Assembly (NCBI GenBank): GCA_951406725.2 | Contig: OX597824.1 | Location: 35,278,001 to 35,342,000, forward strand | Length of the DNA: 64,000 bases | DNA from: Octopus vulgaris | Lineage: Eukaryota | Direction: 5' to 3' | Part shown: piece after piece, positions 1 through 11,090 of the stretch | Layout: every line of letters starts with the position of its first letter | How positions within the stretch are numbered: the first letter of the stretch is position 1 | Notes under the pieces: model-generated | The model's input: only the letters and a program-made list of their open reading frames with translations | What the model was told of the DNA's origin: nothing | Database searches by the model: none | Position numbers and translations under genes: made by a program

Positions 1-334
1 TAAAAGAGTAAAGAGAGAGAGAGAGTCTTATATCAATACTGTCGGCTTCACATATTGCGAATATCTTAATAAATTGGGTGAAATTTAAGTTGGTACTGAA
101 ACAATAGAATAGGAATTGTTTATTCAAAACTGAAACGTGAGAAATTCTGGCTTTTGTTTTTCAATAATTGCTGTGTGCATTGCTCAAAAAATCTGTTTGT
201 GTGTCTTTTATAAGTCATCCTAAAGAATATATTATGTTCCAGAGTTGACAGGACACATACGTTCCAATTTCTATAGAGGGACTTTAATGGAGAATACTAT
301 AAAATTTGTTAGTTTTATTTATTAGAGCATTTTG

Positions 335-375
<41 letters not shown>

Positions 376-376
<1 letters not shown>

Positions 377-413
377 TAAAACTTACTTGGAAATGGATGC
401 GTTGCGTTCAATC
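376..413 (-). repeat. Short inverted copy of the start of the 2024-2710 element
   Basis: Reverse complement atgattgaacgcaacgcatccatttccaagtaagtttta matches atgatcgaacgccacgcttccatttccaagtaagtttta at 2024; abuts (TA)n. Confidence 0.7.
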
Positions 414-434
414 ATATAGTAATATAATAAACAT

Positions 435-1016
435 ATGATGGCTGCCTCCTCGTTATCGAGTATCGCCATTGCACGAAGCTTAACTGTTATTGGTGCTGGG
501 TTCGAATGTGACTTTTATTTGCTTTTTAAGGCTACAGCCAGCCATTCAGTTGAGACTCACAGCACAATCAACAATCACAATGTTGTTATCGTGCAATGCC
601 TGTGCAAGCAGATTTTTTTTAAAGTGAGGAAAGGCTGTGCACTGAGTCAATCCCACTCACTAAGCAACAGCAGCCATTATCCGAAAAGAAGAACAAGTCA
701 ACATCATCGGTAACCACTGAGCCGCAGGTCTTATGTCGGAGTTATCCCAGTAAGCTGAGTTACCTTCTTCTAGAAGGATGCCCTAACAAAGGCTAGGAGT
801 CCTTCACTCCCAGTGGTTTAACCGCGAGATCGGGTATTCAGTCCGATTATTTCTATGTCTCCGCGCATGATACAACCTTAAAAAAAAAAAATTCCACATT
901 TATTGGATGGCTGTTAACTCTCAAGAGTTCATCCGCCCTTTGACAGGTTTTGTTTTTCATCCCGCAGGGTGTCCAATAAACACCCACCTCACCGACTAAA
1001 CCGGCAACCCCACCAT
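435..1016 (-). mobile_element. Non-autonomous bipartite RTE-like retroposon (putative 5' UTR joined to LINE 3' end)
   Basis: 438-517 is near-identical to 57425-57503 (end of the zinc-finger ORF plus 3' tail; encodes KSHIRTQHQ*). 518-1016 is non-coding and resembles RTE 5' UTRs from memory. Confidence 0.6.
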
Positions 1017-1080
1017 AATATACATATATATGCATATATACACACATACATGTACATGCCTACATATACATGTATATCTA

Positions 1081-1376
1081 CATGCATATATGGGTGCAGG
1101 ATGTCAATAAAACCTGAACAAAATGAGAAACGAGAGCATAAAAAGCAAAAGCATGGAAAACGAACATTTTTTCGAACAACAAAAGAAACAAATAGAGAAT
1201 CAAGACAAGCAACATAAAGTACATTCCCTTCATCAGTTGTCCCCTGTTTTATCTACCCCGCGTTTCGAAGGTAGGGACAAGACGCCACATCGTTAAAACA
1301 GTCCTTCCCTTTGTTTTTTATGTTCTCGTTTCTCACTTTGTTCACATTTTTTTGACGTCCTGTACCCATATATGCA

Positions 1377-1380
<4 letters not shown>
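1081..1380 (-). mobile_element. Penelope-like terminal fragment with its 3'-terminal ~70 bp copied in inverted orientation at the other end
   Basis: 1081-1151 and 1310-1379 are inverted repeats; 1081-1310 is an inverted homologue of 2480-2710; both ends abut TA-rich microsatellite. Confidence 0.6.
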
Positions 1381-1422
<42 letters not shown>

Positions 1423-1425
<3 letters not shown>

Positions 1426-1759
1426 GGGGGTAAAGACCCCCTTCGGTCATGAATGACCATGGGATTGCAGCTAGAAAGTTACCCTCCTAGACACAAGTCC
1501 GGGCAAGGTTGTTTATGGAAGACCAGCAGTCGTCCATGCATACCAGCCTCCCCTCTCCACACCACCAGTGTTATCCAAGGGAAAGACAAAGGTCGATACA
1601 GCTTGGCACCAGTGACGTCGTAACTCATTTCTACAGCTGAGTTAGAGCAACGTGAAATAAAGTGCCTTGCTCAAGAACACAACACGCAGCCCGGTCCGGG
1701 ATTCGAGCTCACAACCTCACGATCGTAAGCTTGACGCTCTAACCACTGAGCCATGCGCC

Positions 1760-1763
<4 letters not shown>
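1423..1763 (-). mobile_element. tRNA-derived SINE with CORE-like central domain
   Basis: Minus strand has A box tggctcagtggtt, B box gagctcgaatccc, then gtgttcttgagcaaggcactttatttcac; inserted in (TA)n. Confidence 0.85.
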
Positions 1764-1804
<41 letters not shown>

Positions 1805-1817
1805 CGGAGATATATAA

Positions 1818-1868
<51 letters not shown>

Positions 1869-1925
1869 TATATATATGTATATACGTATATAATATATAT
1901 ATATATTTATATATATATATATAAT

Positions 1926-2022
<97 letters not shown>
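1763..2022. repeat. (TA)n-rich microsatellite
   Basis: Direct inspection. Confidence 0.95.
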
Positions 2023-2023
2023 T

Positions 2024-2184
2024 ATGATCGAACGCCACGCTTCCATTTCCAAGTAAGTTTTATTTTAATAATTCCGATGCGCACTCTACAACCTATCTAT
2101 ATTCTATCTCCCTCTCTTGTTCTTCTTCCTTTCTGGTTTTCTCTCCCACTCTTTCTTTAATTCTTCTCTTCTCCCCTTCACCGG

Positions 2185-2225
<41 letters not shown>

Positions 2226-2710
2226 TCCTCCTTTACTCTCTTGTTGTTCCCATGTGACCAGCGCCTGTCTATCTTTCTTTCTTCCATTTCCTTCCTAAAG
2301 ACAAGACGTGCTTTTGCCTGTCTCTTCTCGAAGCTCGTTTTTCCAGCGTTCACCACTTCACCTCGTTATGGCTTAACAGCCCTCACCGTTTGCTTTTACT
2401 GTTTTGTTCTTATTGTCCTGTTTTTTGTTACTGCTTTAACCCTCCGCAAAAAATCCCAAATTTTATTTAATTTGCTTTGCGGGAAGGTTTGTTTTAACGA
2501 AGTCGCATCTTGTCCCTACCTTCGAAACACGGAGTAGATAAAACCGGGGACAACTTATGAAGGGAATATTCTTTATGTTGCCTGTCTCGTTTCTTTATTT
2601 GCTTCTTACGTTGTTTGAAAAAAAGTTCGCATTCCATGCTTTTGTTTTTTATGTTCTCATTTCTCATTTTGTTCAGGATTTTTTTACGTCCTGTACCCAT
2701 ATATGCATGT
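2024..2710 (+). mobile_element. Penelope-like non-coding 3' fragment between (TA)n tracts
   Basis: Pyrimidine-rich body; terminal 230 bp homologous to 1081-1310 and start homologous to 376-413. Confidence 0.55.
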
Positions 2711-2756
2711 ATATATACATATATATGTAGGCATGTACATATATGTGTATATATGA

Positions 2757-2805
<49 letters not shown>

Positions 2806-2809
<4 letters not shown>

Positions 2810-3016
2810 ATCCAAACAAGAAAACACAGAAAAAAACACAACAACGCGAGGACGTGGAACAATTAAAGTATTATTTGACGCTCAGGAAAGAAGGGAAGGA
2901 GGGTTTAACGTTTCGAGCGGAGCTCTTCGTCGGAAACAAAGGAAAAGGAAAGATCCCGAGAAGGGAAGGCAGAGGAAAAAAATATTTTTGCTGGTGGTGC
3001 TCAAGAGATCACATGT
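2806..3016 (-). mobile_element. Short Penelope-like pLTR remnant containing a minimal hammerhead
   Basis: Flanked by (TA)n on both sides; 3' part (ttcctgagcgt..aataatac...aac-TATA) is homologous to 3225-3315. Confidence 0.65.
2903..2937 (-). ncRNA. Minimal type I hammerhead ribozyme motif (core variant CCGACGA)
   Basis: gttt-CCGACGAA-gagc tcc gctc-GAA-ACGT-T-aaac: stems I and II pair, palindromic stem III. Confidence 0.65.
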
Positions 3017-3054
<38 letters not shown>

Positions 3055-3069
3055 TTATATCATATATAT

Positions 3070-3310
3070 GGAAAGAAGAGGTGTATTCCCTTGCAGGAAA
3101 AACATAAGAGAATTTGTTAATCCCAACACATTTTCTCTCTCTGATTTTTTGTTTTTTTCATTCTTTCTCCTTTTTCTTCTTCTTAATCCTTTCTGTTGAA
3201 GAGCATAGGCTCGAAACGTAAAAGACTTTTCCATTCTTCCCGAGCGTTGAACTAATACACCTGCTTGTTGCTCCTACACCTGTCTTCATGTTTTGTCTTC
3301 TGTAAATATG

Positions 3311-3314
<4 letters not shown>
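3070..3314 (+). mobile_element. Short Penelope-like pLTR remnant containing a minimal hammerhead
   Basis: Flanked by (TA)n; hammerhead motif followed by a 3' end homologous to the 2806-3016 element. Confidence 0.65.
3189..3224 (+). ncRNA. Minimal type I hammerhead ribozyme motif (core variant CUGUUGA)
   Basis: cttt-CTGTTGAA-gagc atag gctc-GAA-ACGT-A-aaag. Confidence 0.65.
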
Positions 3315-3392
<78 letters not shown>

Positions 3393-3552
3393 ATGTACAT
3401 TTAAAGCACAAAGAGAAATTACCAATAACAGGCAATTTCTACACGCTAGGAGATAGAACTACTGAAGACCACAGAAAAATTTAAGCAATTTCAAAGGGAA
3501 TGAAACATAAAAACTTTTACCTTGTTTTTACTGTTATACCTTTAGGTTTCGG

Positions 3553-3583
<31 letters not shown>

Positions 3584-3588
3584 TATAC

Positions 3589-3811
<223 letters not shown>

Positions 3812-4230
3812 TGTGATTTAAAATTACAGTAATGTTATTATTGTAATTTCGACACATGATTATGCTTGGGACGCCCGGAACCTGACACGTTGATTAATTT
3901 AATGAAATATACAACGTTTACACAGAATATTCAGAAAAATCTAACAAGAATTAATTGTATTCCACTCTGACGAAGCGCCCACGCACGGCTGTTGCCGAGC
4001 AGAATTCAACTGTATGATAATTATAAAGTTCTTCTTTAATGGTTTTTGAATATAAACTCAGCAACAATGTTGTTATCTACTATTAAGGCATGTTATCCTC
4101 CATCCTCATGTTATATTATCCTTGTACTAATCTTACGTAAAGAGGAGTCCCGCGTGTGTATCTAGCCTTGAAGTATTCCTTGCTGTAGGATACCATGCGG
4201 TATATAACTGTGTATATATATATATATATA

Positions 4231-4388
4231 TTAGGGAGTAAATCCAAACTTACAGGGAAATATTAGATTTAGGATTAAATCTAATTTTATAGTATATGGG
4301 CATGAAACGATCGTAGTGGTTTTACTCTTTATCTTATATTAAACTTTTAATACTTTTTGATAGTTATATATATATCTTTTAAAAAAAT

Positions 4389-4423
<35 letters not shown>

Positions 4424-4597
4424 AAAATTTATAAGTATAAATTATTAATTTAAATAATTTTTTAAATTTTAACTTTAATCTAAATATTTAAATTTTGAAT
4501 TTTATATTTTATATATTTTTTAATAATTAATTTTATTTCTATGTATTGGTTTATGATTTTCACTGTTTGATTTGCCTAATAGTGGTTTTATCTCTAA

Positions 4598-4603
<6 letters not shown>
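4231..4603 (+). mobile_element. Rearranged Penelope-like pLTR fragment with 3' half of a hammerhead
   Basis: 4231-4294 is the reverse complement of 55993-56057; 4301-4319 catGAAACGATCGTAgtgg parallels 55873-55891; 4578-4600 parallels 55955-55978; (TA)n on both sides. Confidence 0.7.
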
Positions 4604-4671
<68 letters not shown>

Positions 4672-5664
4672 ACTATACATGTTAGAAGAGTTCTGTAGAG
4701 CAAACCAATAGTGAGGCGAAGTGGACTTGTTCTGTTCTGATTTAGTTTTTGTTCCCTATTTGTATTGTGTATAGAAACTGAAAGCATCAACTGACTATCA
4801 TATATTGTAAAAAAATAACCTTTTTTGATGGTGCAACAGATTATTTGCAAACCATACGTTTTTCTGGATTATTATCAACATTCATTTTTTGTAAATCTAA
4901 TATAATGAACTTTCAATTTATGATATACTGTTGCATATTTGATATTGTGTGTAGCGCCACCTACCACCCTCTGCATACATTCAGCTGTGTACCAGACTAA
5001 GAGAACTCTCTTCTTTTTTTTCTATGAAAAGTGCCAAGATGTATTTATAGACACGATTTTCCCATCGCTCGGAGTAGAGTTACTATATTACATAAAATTA
5101 ATTCAATAAATGCTTTAATATCGAATTTGCTGTACAAAATATGAATGAATTTAAACATAAATTTGTCGTGGTTTACTAGTGCGTCAGTTATAGTCATTAT
5201 TTTTCTATTTATTTTCCAAACTATAAGTTGTTTTTATTATATATAGAATGGAAAACAAATACCTCCCCATGGACAAATAGTTATATTTCATGACTGAAAA
5301 CAATTCTTAAGTAATAGTCAGTGTAAAAATAGATGCAGTTAGACAACTCGGAAAATAAGTGAATGAAGAAATTGCAGAACTGCTTTTCGAAAGATTACTG
5401 AAAGTTTTGAAAATACAAAAATATTTCTTAAAATGTGTGTGTGTGTGTGTGTGTAGTTGTTGTTGTTGTTGTTAAGCAACAAGACGGGTAAGGGTGATTC
5501 GGTGATGGTCAACGGCTTAGGGGCGGGAAACCCCAGACCTAGGAAAAAAAAACAAATTTGGTCGTCTTGTAGTCGAAGGCTTTTCGTTGATGCCCGACAC
5601 CACTGGGAGGTGGCCCTCGAAGTTGCTGGAAATGGAGATTTCCAGGTCCAAATTCTTGAACGGC

Positions 5665-5704
<40 letters not shown>

Positions 5705-5915
5705 ATTTGTGCGTCCGTTTGTCCCCCAACCATCGCTTGACAACCGATGCTGGTGTGTTTACGTCTCCGTTACTTAACGGTTCTGCAAAAGAGACAGATA
5801 GAATAAGTACTAGGCTTACAAAGAATAAGTGCTGGCGTCGATTTGTTTGACTAAAGGTAGTGCTCCAGCATGGCTGAAGTCAAGTGATTGAAACAAGTAA
5901 AAGAATAAAAGAATA
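5705..5915 (+). mobile_element. SINE family B, 3' half
   Basis: cgcttgacaaccgatgctgg...gaaacaagtaaaagaataaaaga tail shared with the full copies. Confidence 0.9.
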
Positions 5916-5917
5916 TA

Positions 5918-5957
<40 letters not shown>

Positions 5958-5983
5958 TAGATCGATCGATCGATCGATCGATC

Positions 5984-6047
<64 letters not shown>

Positions 6048-6061
6048 TAGATATAGATATA
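5915..6061. repeat. Compound (GATA)n/(GACA)n/(GATC)n microsatellite
   Basis: Direct inspection. Confidence 0.95.
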
Positions 6062-6065
6062 TTTG

Positions 6066-6200
6066 AGGCGCATGTATGGCTGAGAATTAGGTTCAGTTGC
6101 ACTGCATAGCACCTAGAATAAGTTTCTTTTATTATAGCCTCTGCCTGACCAAAACCTAGTGAGTGGATTTGGTAGGCGGAAACTGAAAGAAACCCGCCAT
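6066..6200 (+). mobile_element. SINE family B, degenerate 5' half
   Basis: ggttcagttgcactgc...gtgagtggatttggtaggcggaaactgaaagaaacccg. Confidence 0.8.
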
Positions 6201-6224
6201 ATACGTGTGTGTGTGTAAAAGAGT

Positions 6225-6350
6225 ATTTATGTATTCTATTTTCTAATTATTGTAAATCTTCCACTGAGGAGGGAGCCGGTTTCCAACAAAGATACAAAGC
6301 TCCATCTTTGGGATATAGTTAACACAGACAAATTCACATTTGGAACTTTC
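6225..6350 (-). mobile_element. 3' UTR remnant of an R4/Dong-like LINE
   Basis: Reverse complement ggagctttgtatctttgttggaaaccggctccctc resembles ggagccttggatctaggttagaaaccggttcttcc at 57312; adjacent (TGTA)n. Confidence 0.6.
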
Positions 6351-6609
6351 ACATGTATGTATGTATGTATGTATGTATGTATGTATGTATGTATGTATGT
6401 ATGGTTCAAGAAAAAATGCTTAAGAGCACAGCGTCATACGTAGTTAATTATAAAAAGCTAAGAGAACATATATGATTGGTGAAGAACGTATGTTGCCAGA
6501 AACAGGTAGAATTGCAGATGTTATTAACAGAAAGAACAACGAAGACGAAGTATTTCTGTTAATCTCCATGTCTAGTTATGGCAATAAACACCAAATACTA
6601 TTCAGCTAT

Positions 6610-6846
6610 GTCTGGAGAGAGTCATTTTCTTTTTGTGCCTTATAATGTAAGGCACACCGGTAAAATTTCCACTTATTTCTTATTTTTATTTTCCTAAAAT
6701 TTTCGTTGCGTCTTGCAACCTTTAGACTATTGAAAAGGTTACAAGACACAACGAAAATTTTAGGAAAATAATAAGAAATAAGTGGAAATTTTACCAGTGA
6801 GTGTGTTACATTATAAGGCACAAAAAGAAAATGACTCTCCCCAGAC
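6610..6846. mobile_element. Foldback/MITE-like near-perfect 237-bp hairpin
   Basis: gtctggagagagtcattttc...cttgcaaccttt pairs with aaaggttacaag...gaaaatgactctccccagac over ~110 bp. Confidence 0.85.
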
Positions 6847-7432
6847 GCAACGGAATATGCTTCAACACACGAACTCATATAAAGAATCTTACAAACCAAA
6901 TCCAAAAACGAAATACCATTCAGCTATTTAATAGAAATTCCTTTAAAACAAACAACAGCGTTAAATGTGTTGTATCGAATTAAACAAGCACATCTATCTT
7001 ACCGAAGATATTCATATTTTCTATTAATAAAGTTTTGTGTGATCTTGTATAAACATAATTTGTTAGCAATTTTTGTTTAGTATAGCTAAATATCGACTAT
7101 ATTCTTTATTTCTTATTAAAATTTATAACAGTAAACGATGGCTGCGAAAACATTTGACTAGTAAAAAGAGCGTCGTGAGGGAAGAAAGTTTAAGAAATAA
7201 TTATGTAGAGTGCCAGATCTTGTTTCATGGATTTCACTGTTCAGCCTGTTTATGTATATTCAAATAATTACAGCAGAGACGAAGTGGACTCAGTCACCTG
7301 GTAGCTTCATTTGAACCTGTAGTGGAAACTATATGGCTAATCTGATGTCTGTATTGTTATTTGTTAAGATCTGATATGAGGGAATGCAAGATGGCTGTTG
7401 TGTTGATAACTGTGGTAACTGTGTTGATAACT

Positions 7433-8082
7433 GTGGTAAGAATCTCGCAGCCCAACCATATGGCTACGGGTTCAGTCCCACTGCGTGGCACTTTGGGAAG
7501 TGTCTTCCGCTATATATTTCTTTATTACCCATAAGGGGCTAAACACAGAGGGGACAAACAAGGACAGACAAACAAGGACAGACAAACGGATTAAGTCGAT
7601 TACATCGACCCCAGTGCGTAACTGGTACTTAATTTATCGACCCCGAAAGGATGAAAGGCAAAGTCGACCTCGGCGGAATTTGAACCCAGAACGTAACGGC
7701 AGACGAAATACGGCTACGCATTTCGCCCCGCTTCCTAACGTTTCTGCCAGCTATAGCCTCATACCGACCAAAACCTTATAAATGGATTTGGCAGACGGAA
7801 ACTGAAAGAAGCTCGTCATATATGTGTGTGTGAGTCTGTGTGTGCGTGCGTGTGTGCATGTGTGTCTGAGTGTGTATGTTTATGTCTTTGTGCTTGTGTC
7901 TGTCTCCCCCCACAACACACCCCCGCATGACAACCGGTGTTGGTGTGTTTATGACCAATAATATAGCAGTCCTGCAAATGATTTTGACAGAATAAGCACC
8001 AAGCTTAAAAAATTCTTGAAGGCGGTGTCCATCATGACATTAGGCTAATGTCTAAACAAGTCAAGGCTAAAAAGTAAAAGAT
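7433..8082 (+). mobile_element. SINE family B interrupted by a family A copy
   Basis: Head breaks at gctata (7509-7514) and resumes at gctatagcctc (7750). Confidence 0.85.
7515..7752 (-). mobile_element. SINE family A (young type), nested in family B
   Basis: Family A consensus: tRNA-like head, central gcctttcatcctttcggggtcgataaattaagtaccag (MetaSINE-like from memory), tail gtaaagaaata; gctata duplicated. Confidence 0.9.
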
Positions 8083-8731
8083 AGGAGGGAATGGAAGATA
8101 TTATCTGCTGTGTGTCTATATATTTGCGTTTAGACATCGGCTAAGATGTTTATGTTCGATGGTAACCATTAGTGGTATTCATAGATAGGGTCTGAATATG
8201 TTTGCTTTGATGTGAACAAAGAGGTCCCTGTGCATGTATTTGTATGTGTATGTATGAATATGTATGTGAATGTGCATGTGTGTAGCTAGAGTTCAGCATT
8301 GGTTAGCGTAACAGACATTACTTGAGAATCGTGTCCAAAGACACGATGAAAATATTAAGTGAAATTACAGATGATTTTAAAGAAATATTTCACTTCTATC
8401 AGATTTCAATAGAGTCAAATAACTATTATCACTATCTGATATGCTACACAACTGGATTCGACTACATAGGTTATCCAGTTTTGTACTCGAACCACACGTC
8501 ACACTCTGATAGACTCCATCTTAGCGTTTCGTTTATCTAATAACAACACTTCTGTTTTAGCACAGGCTCGCTGTTACTATTTCAATTAAACCGTTTTGTG
8601 TCATCTGTGATATATTTCTCATTCGAATGCCGAGCCTTTAGTGGACTAAACAAGCCTCACAAATATTTATAATTATATTTTCATCTCCCACTTTCATTCT
8701 TTCTTTTTCTCTCTCTTTCTCTCCCCCCCCC

Positions 8732-8767
<36 letters not shown>

Positions 8768-9299
8768 TACGTATACAATTCTCACTTAGATTTGGTCCCA
8801 ATTGCCAACGAACATTTGGTATACATTCTCGGGAAGCGAAGATAATTTCAATAAAGATAAGAAAGAATTTATTTTGTAAGTTATTTAATATAACTTTAAT
8901 CATTCTTTGTTGTACAAATACATGCCACTAGCCACTCGAAATCATTCACTAATTTTTACATTTATATATGTGCCGAGTGTATCTATGAGTGCGTATGTAC
9001 ATACATACAAACAAACCATACATACATATATATAATAAATCATTTTAATGGTGGCACTCGAAGTAGATAAAGCTATATATATAACAGAATGATCATTAGG
9101 ATCTTTTCTGTTTGGGTACAGCTGTAGAAATTTCAAAGTTTACTGAAAATTTTTTAAACTGGCGTATTAATGTAGTTTTCCTAGCTGAATCTCAGGAGAT
9201 ATTTCACTTTTTCCAGAAATTTTTTTAAACAGATATAGAGGTTTAAAGATAATTTTCACCCAGTCAGAAAACAGGATTTGGAAGCTGCCATTTTATGCC

Positions 9300-9672
9300 T
9301 GACTGTGGCCATGCTGGAGCACCACCTTTAGTCGAGCAAATCGACCCCAGGACTTATTCTTTGTAAGGCTAGTACTTATTCTATCGGTCTCTTTTGCCGA
9401 ACCGCTAAGTTACGGGGACGTAAACACACCAGTATCGGTTGTCAAGCGATGTTGGGAGGACAAACACAGACACACAAACACAAACACATACATATATTTA
9501 CATATATACGACGGGCTTCTTTCAGTTTCCGTCTACCAAATCCACTCACAAGGCTTTGGTCGGCCCGAGGCTATAGTAGAAGACACTTGCCCAAAGTATC
9601 ACGTAGTGGGACTGAACTCTGAACCATGTGGTCGGTAAACAAGCTACTTACCACACAACCACTCCTACGCCT
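9300..9672 (-). mobile_element. SINE family B, near full length
   Basis: tRNA-like head gtggttgtgtggtaag...gagttcagtccc, CORE-like ttgggcaagtgtcttc, internal microsatellite. Confidence 0.92.
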
Positions 9673-10173
9673 GAATTATGTACCTTATGAAAAATTACAT
9701 CCTATGTCTTGATATAATTATATATATCTTTGCAATAAATATTTTATGGAAATATGTGAGTGGATCTTCTTAGTTAATACCGCGGCATTGTTGTCGTTTT
9801 GGAGGGGCTTGATGGCTGCATGCATGTAAGTGCAATCAGTTGGGTTTCCATGTATATAGTTACGATTATACCTCTTATATTATTTATTTATTTATTTATT
9901 TATTTATGTTTTTGGCTGTGTTTGTGGCTATGTATGTGTATGAGTGTATGTGTGTGTGTATACATATAATTATGTATGTATGTGCGATGGATCTGTGGAT
10001 GTGCGTGTGCGTACGTGCGTTTCTTGACTAACTAACCGTAAAATTTCCTTTGTGATTCAAATTTAAAACTATAAGCCAATCGAATCAATCTAGAATAATC
10101 AATATCAAGCGGACAGAGGAATTAGACTTATTGATATGTAGATGTCCGCTTGATGTACTTGGTACAGTCATGG

Positions 10174-10225
<52 letters not shown>

Positions 10226-10226
<1 letters not shown>

Positions 10227-10829
10227 ATTAATTTTTATTGACTTTTTGTAGGGTTATAATTTTATGAACTGAACTGTGTGTTTTTTTTTTTATTTTTTTT
10301 TTATGTATATATGTCTGATTTAAATTTAAATGTGAGTGTGCATATATTTTCCTTGATGTTAGTTATGGAACTAGGAGTCCAATATGTAAAATAACTGTAT
10401 TTGTTAATGTATATTGAAATATTTTGTTTATTTTGTATTATCGTATTAATGTGTATATATATATGTGTAGTATTATGAGTGTCTATGCACACATTTTTAT
10501 ATTTTATATTTTTATATTTATATGTAAAATTTTTTTTCACACTTATATTAAATTAAATTCTCTGAAGAGGCCGTGGGACATCCTTGTTAATGTCTCATTT
10601 ATACCTGCCTTATATGGCTTATAGGTTAAATGAGGCATACTTGTCCTCACGGCCGAAACAGCTGTCAGATATGATGTAATTGTATTTTATATTTCTATTT
10701 CCTTGTCTAATTATATTTACAATATATTTTGTATAATGTCTTTGCTGTTATGTAATGGTGTAATAAAGTATTGATTGGGTATTATCTGATGGTTGATTGA
10801 TTTAAGTATGTTTCTCCATTTTCTAATTT

Positions 10830-10831
<2 letters not shown>
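10226..10831 (+). mobile_element. Penelope-like non-coding fragment carrying a long-stem-II hammerhead
   Basis: T/G-skewed body between (TTA)n and (TA)n; hammerhead ~160 nt upstream of the 3' end. Confidence 0.6.
10559..10669 (+). ncRNA. Type I hammerhead ribozyme with 86-nt stem II; predicted cleavage after GUC (10666)
   Basis: tct-CTGAAGA-ggccgtgggaca...tgtcctcacggcc-GAA-ACAGCTGT-C-aga; all core nucleotides canonical. Confidence 0.88.
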
Positions 10832-10869
<38 letters not shown>

Positions 10870-10874
<5 letters not shown>

Positions 10875-11090
10875 CTTTACTACCCACAGGGGGCTAAACA
10901 CAGAGGGGACAAACAAGGAAAGACAAACGGATTAAGTCGATTACATCGACTCCAGTGCGTAAATAGTACTAAATTTATCGATGAAAGGCAAAGTCGACCT
11001 CGGCGGAATATGAACTCGGAACGTAACGGCAGACGAAATACAGCTACGCATTTCGCCCGGCGTGCTAACGTTTCTGCCAGCTCGCCGCCT
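10870..11090 (-). mobile_element. SINE family A (young type)
   Basis: Matches family A consensus with a small internal deletion. Confidence 0.92.

Noticed and set aside
720-1016. HDV-like ribozyme expected at an RTE 5' end
   Set aside because: Could not trace the P1-P4 nested double pseudoknot by eye; needs an RNArobo/Infernal search
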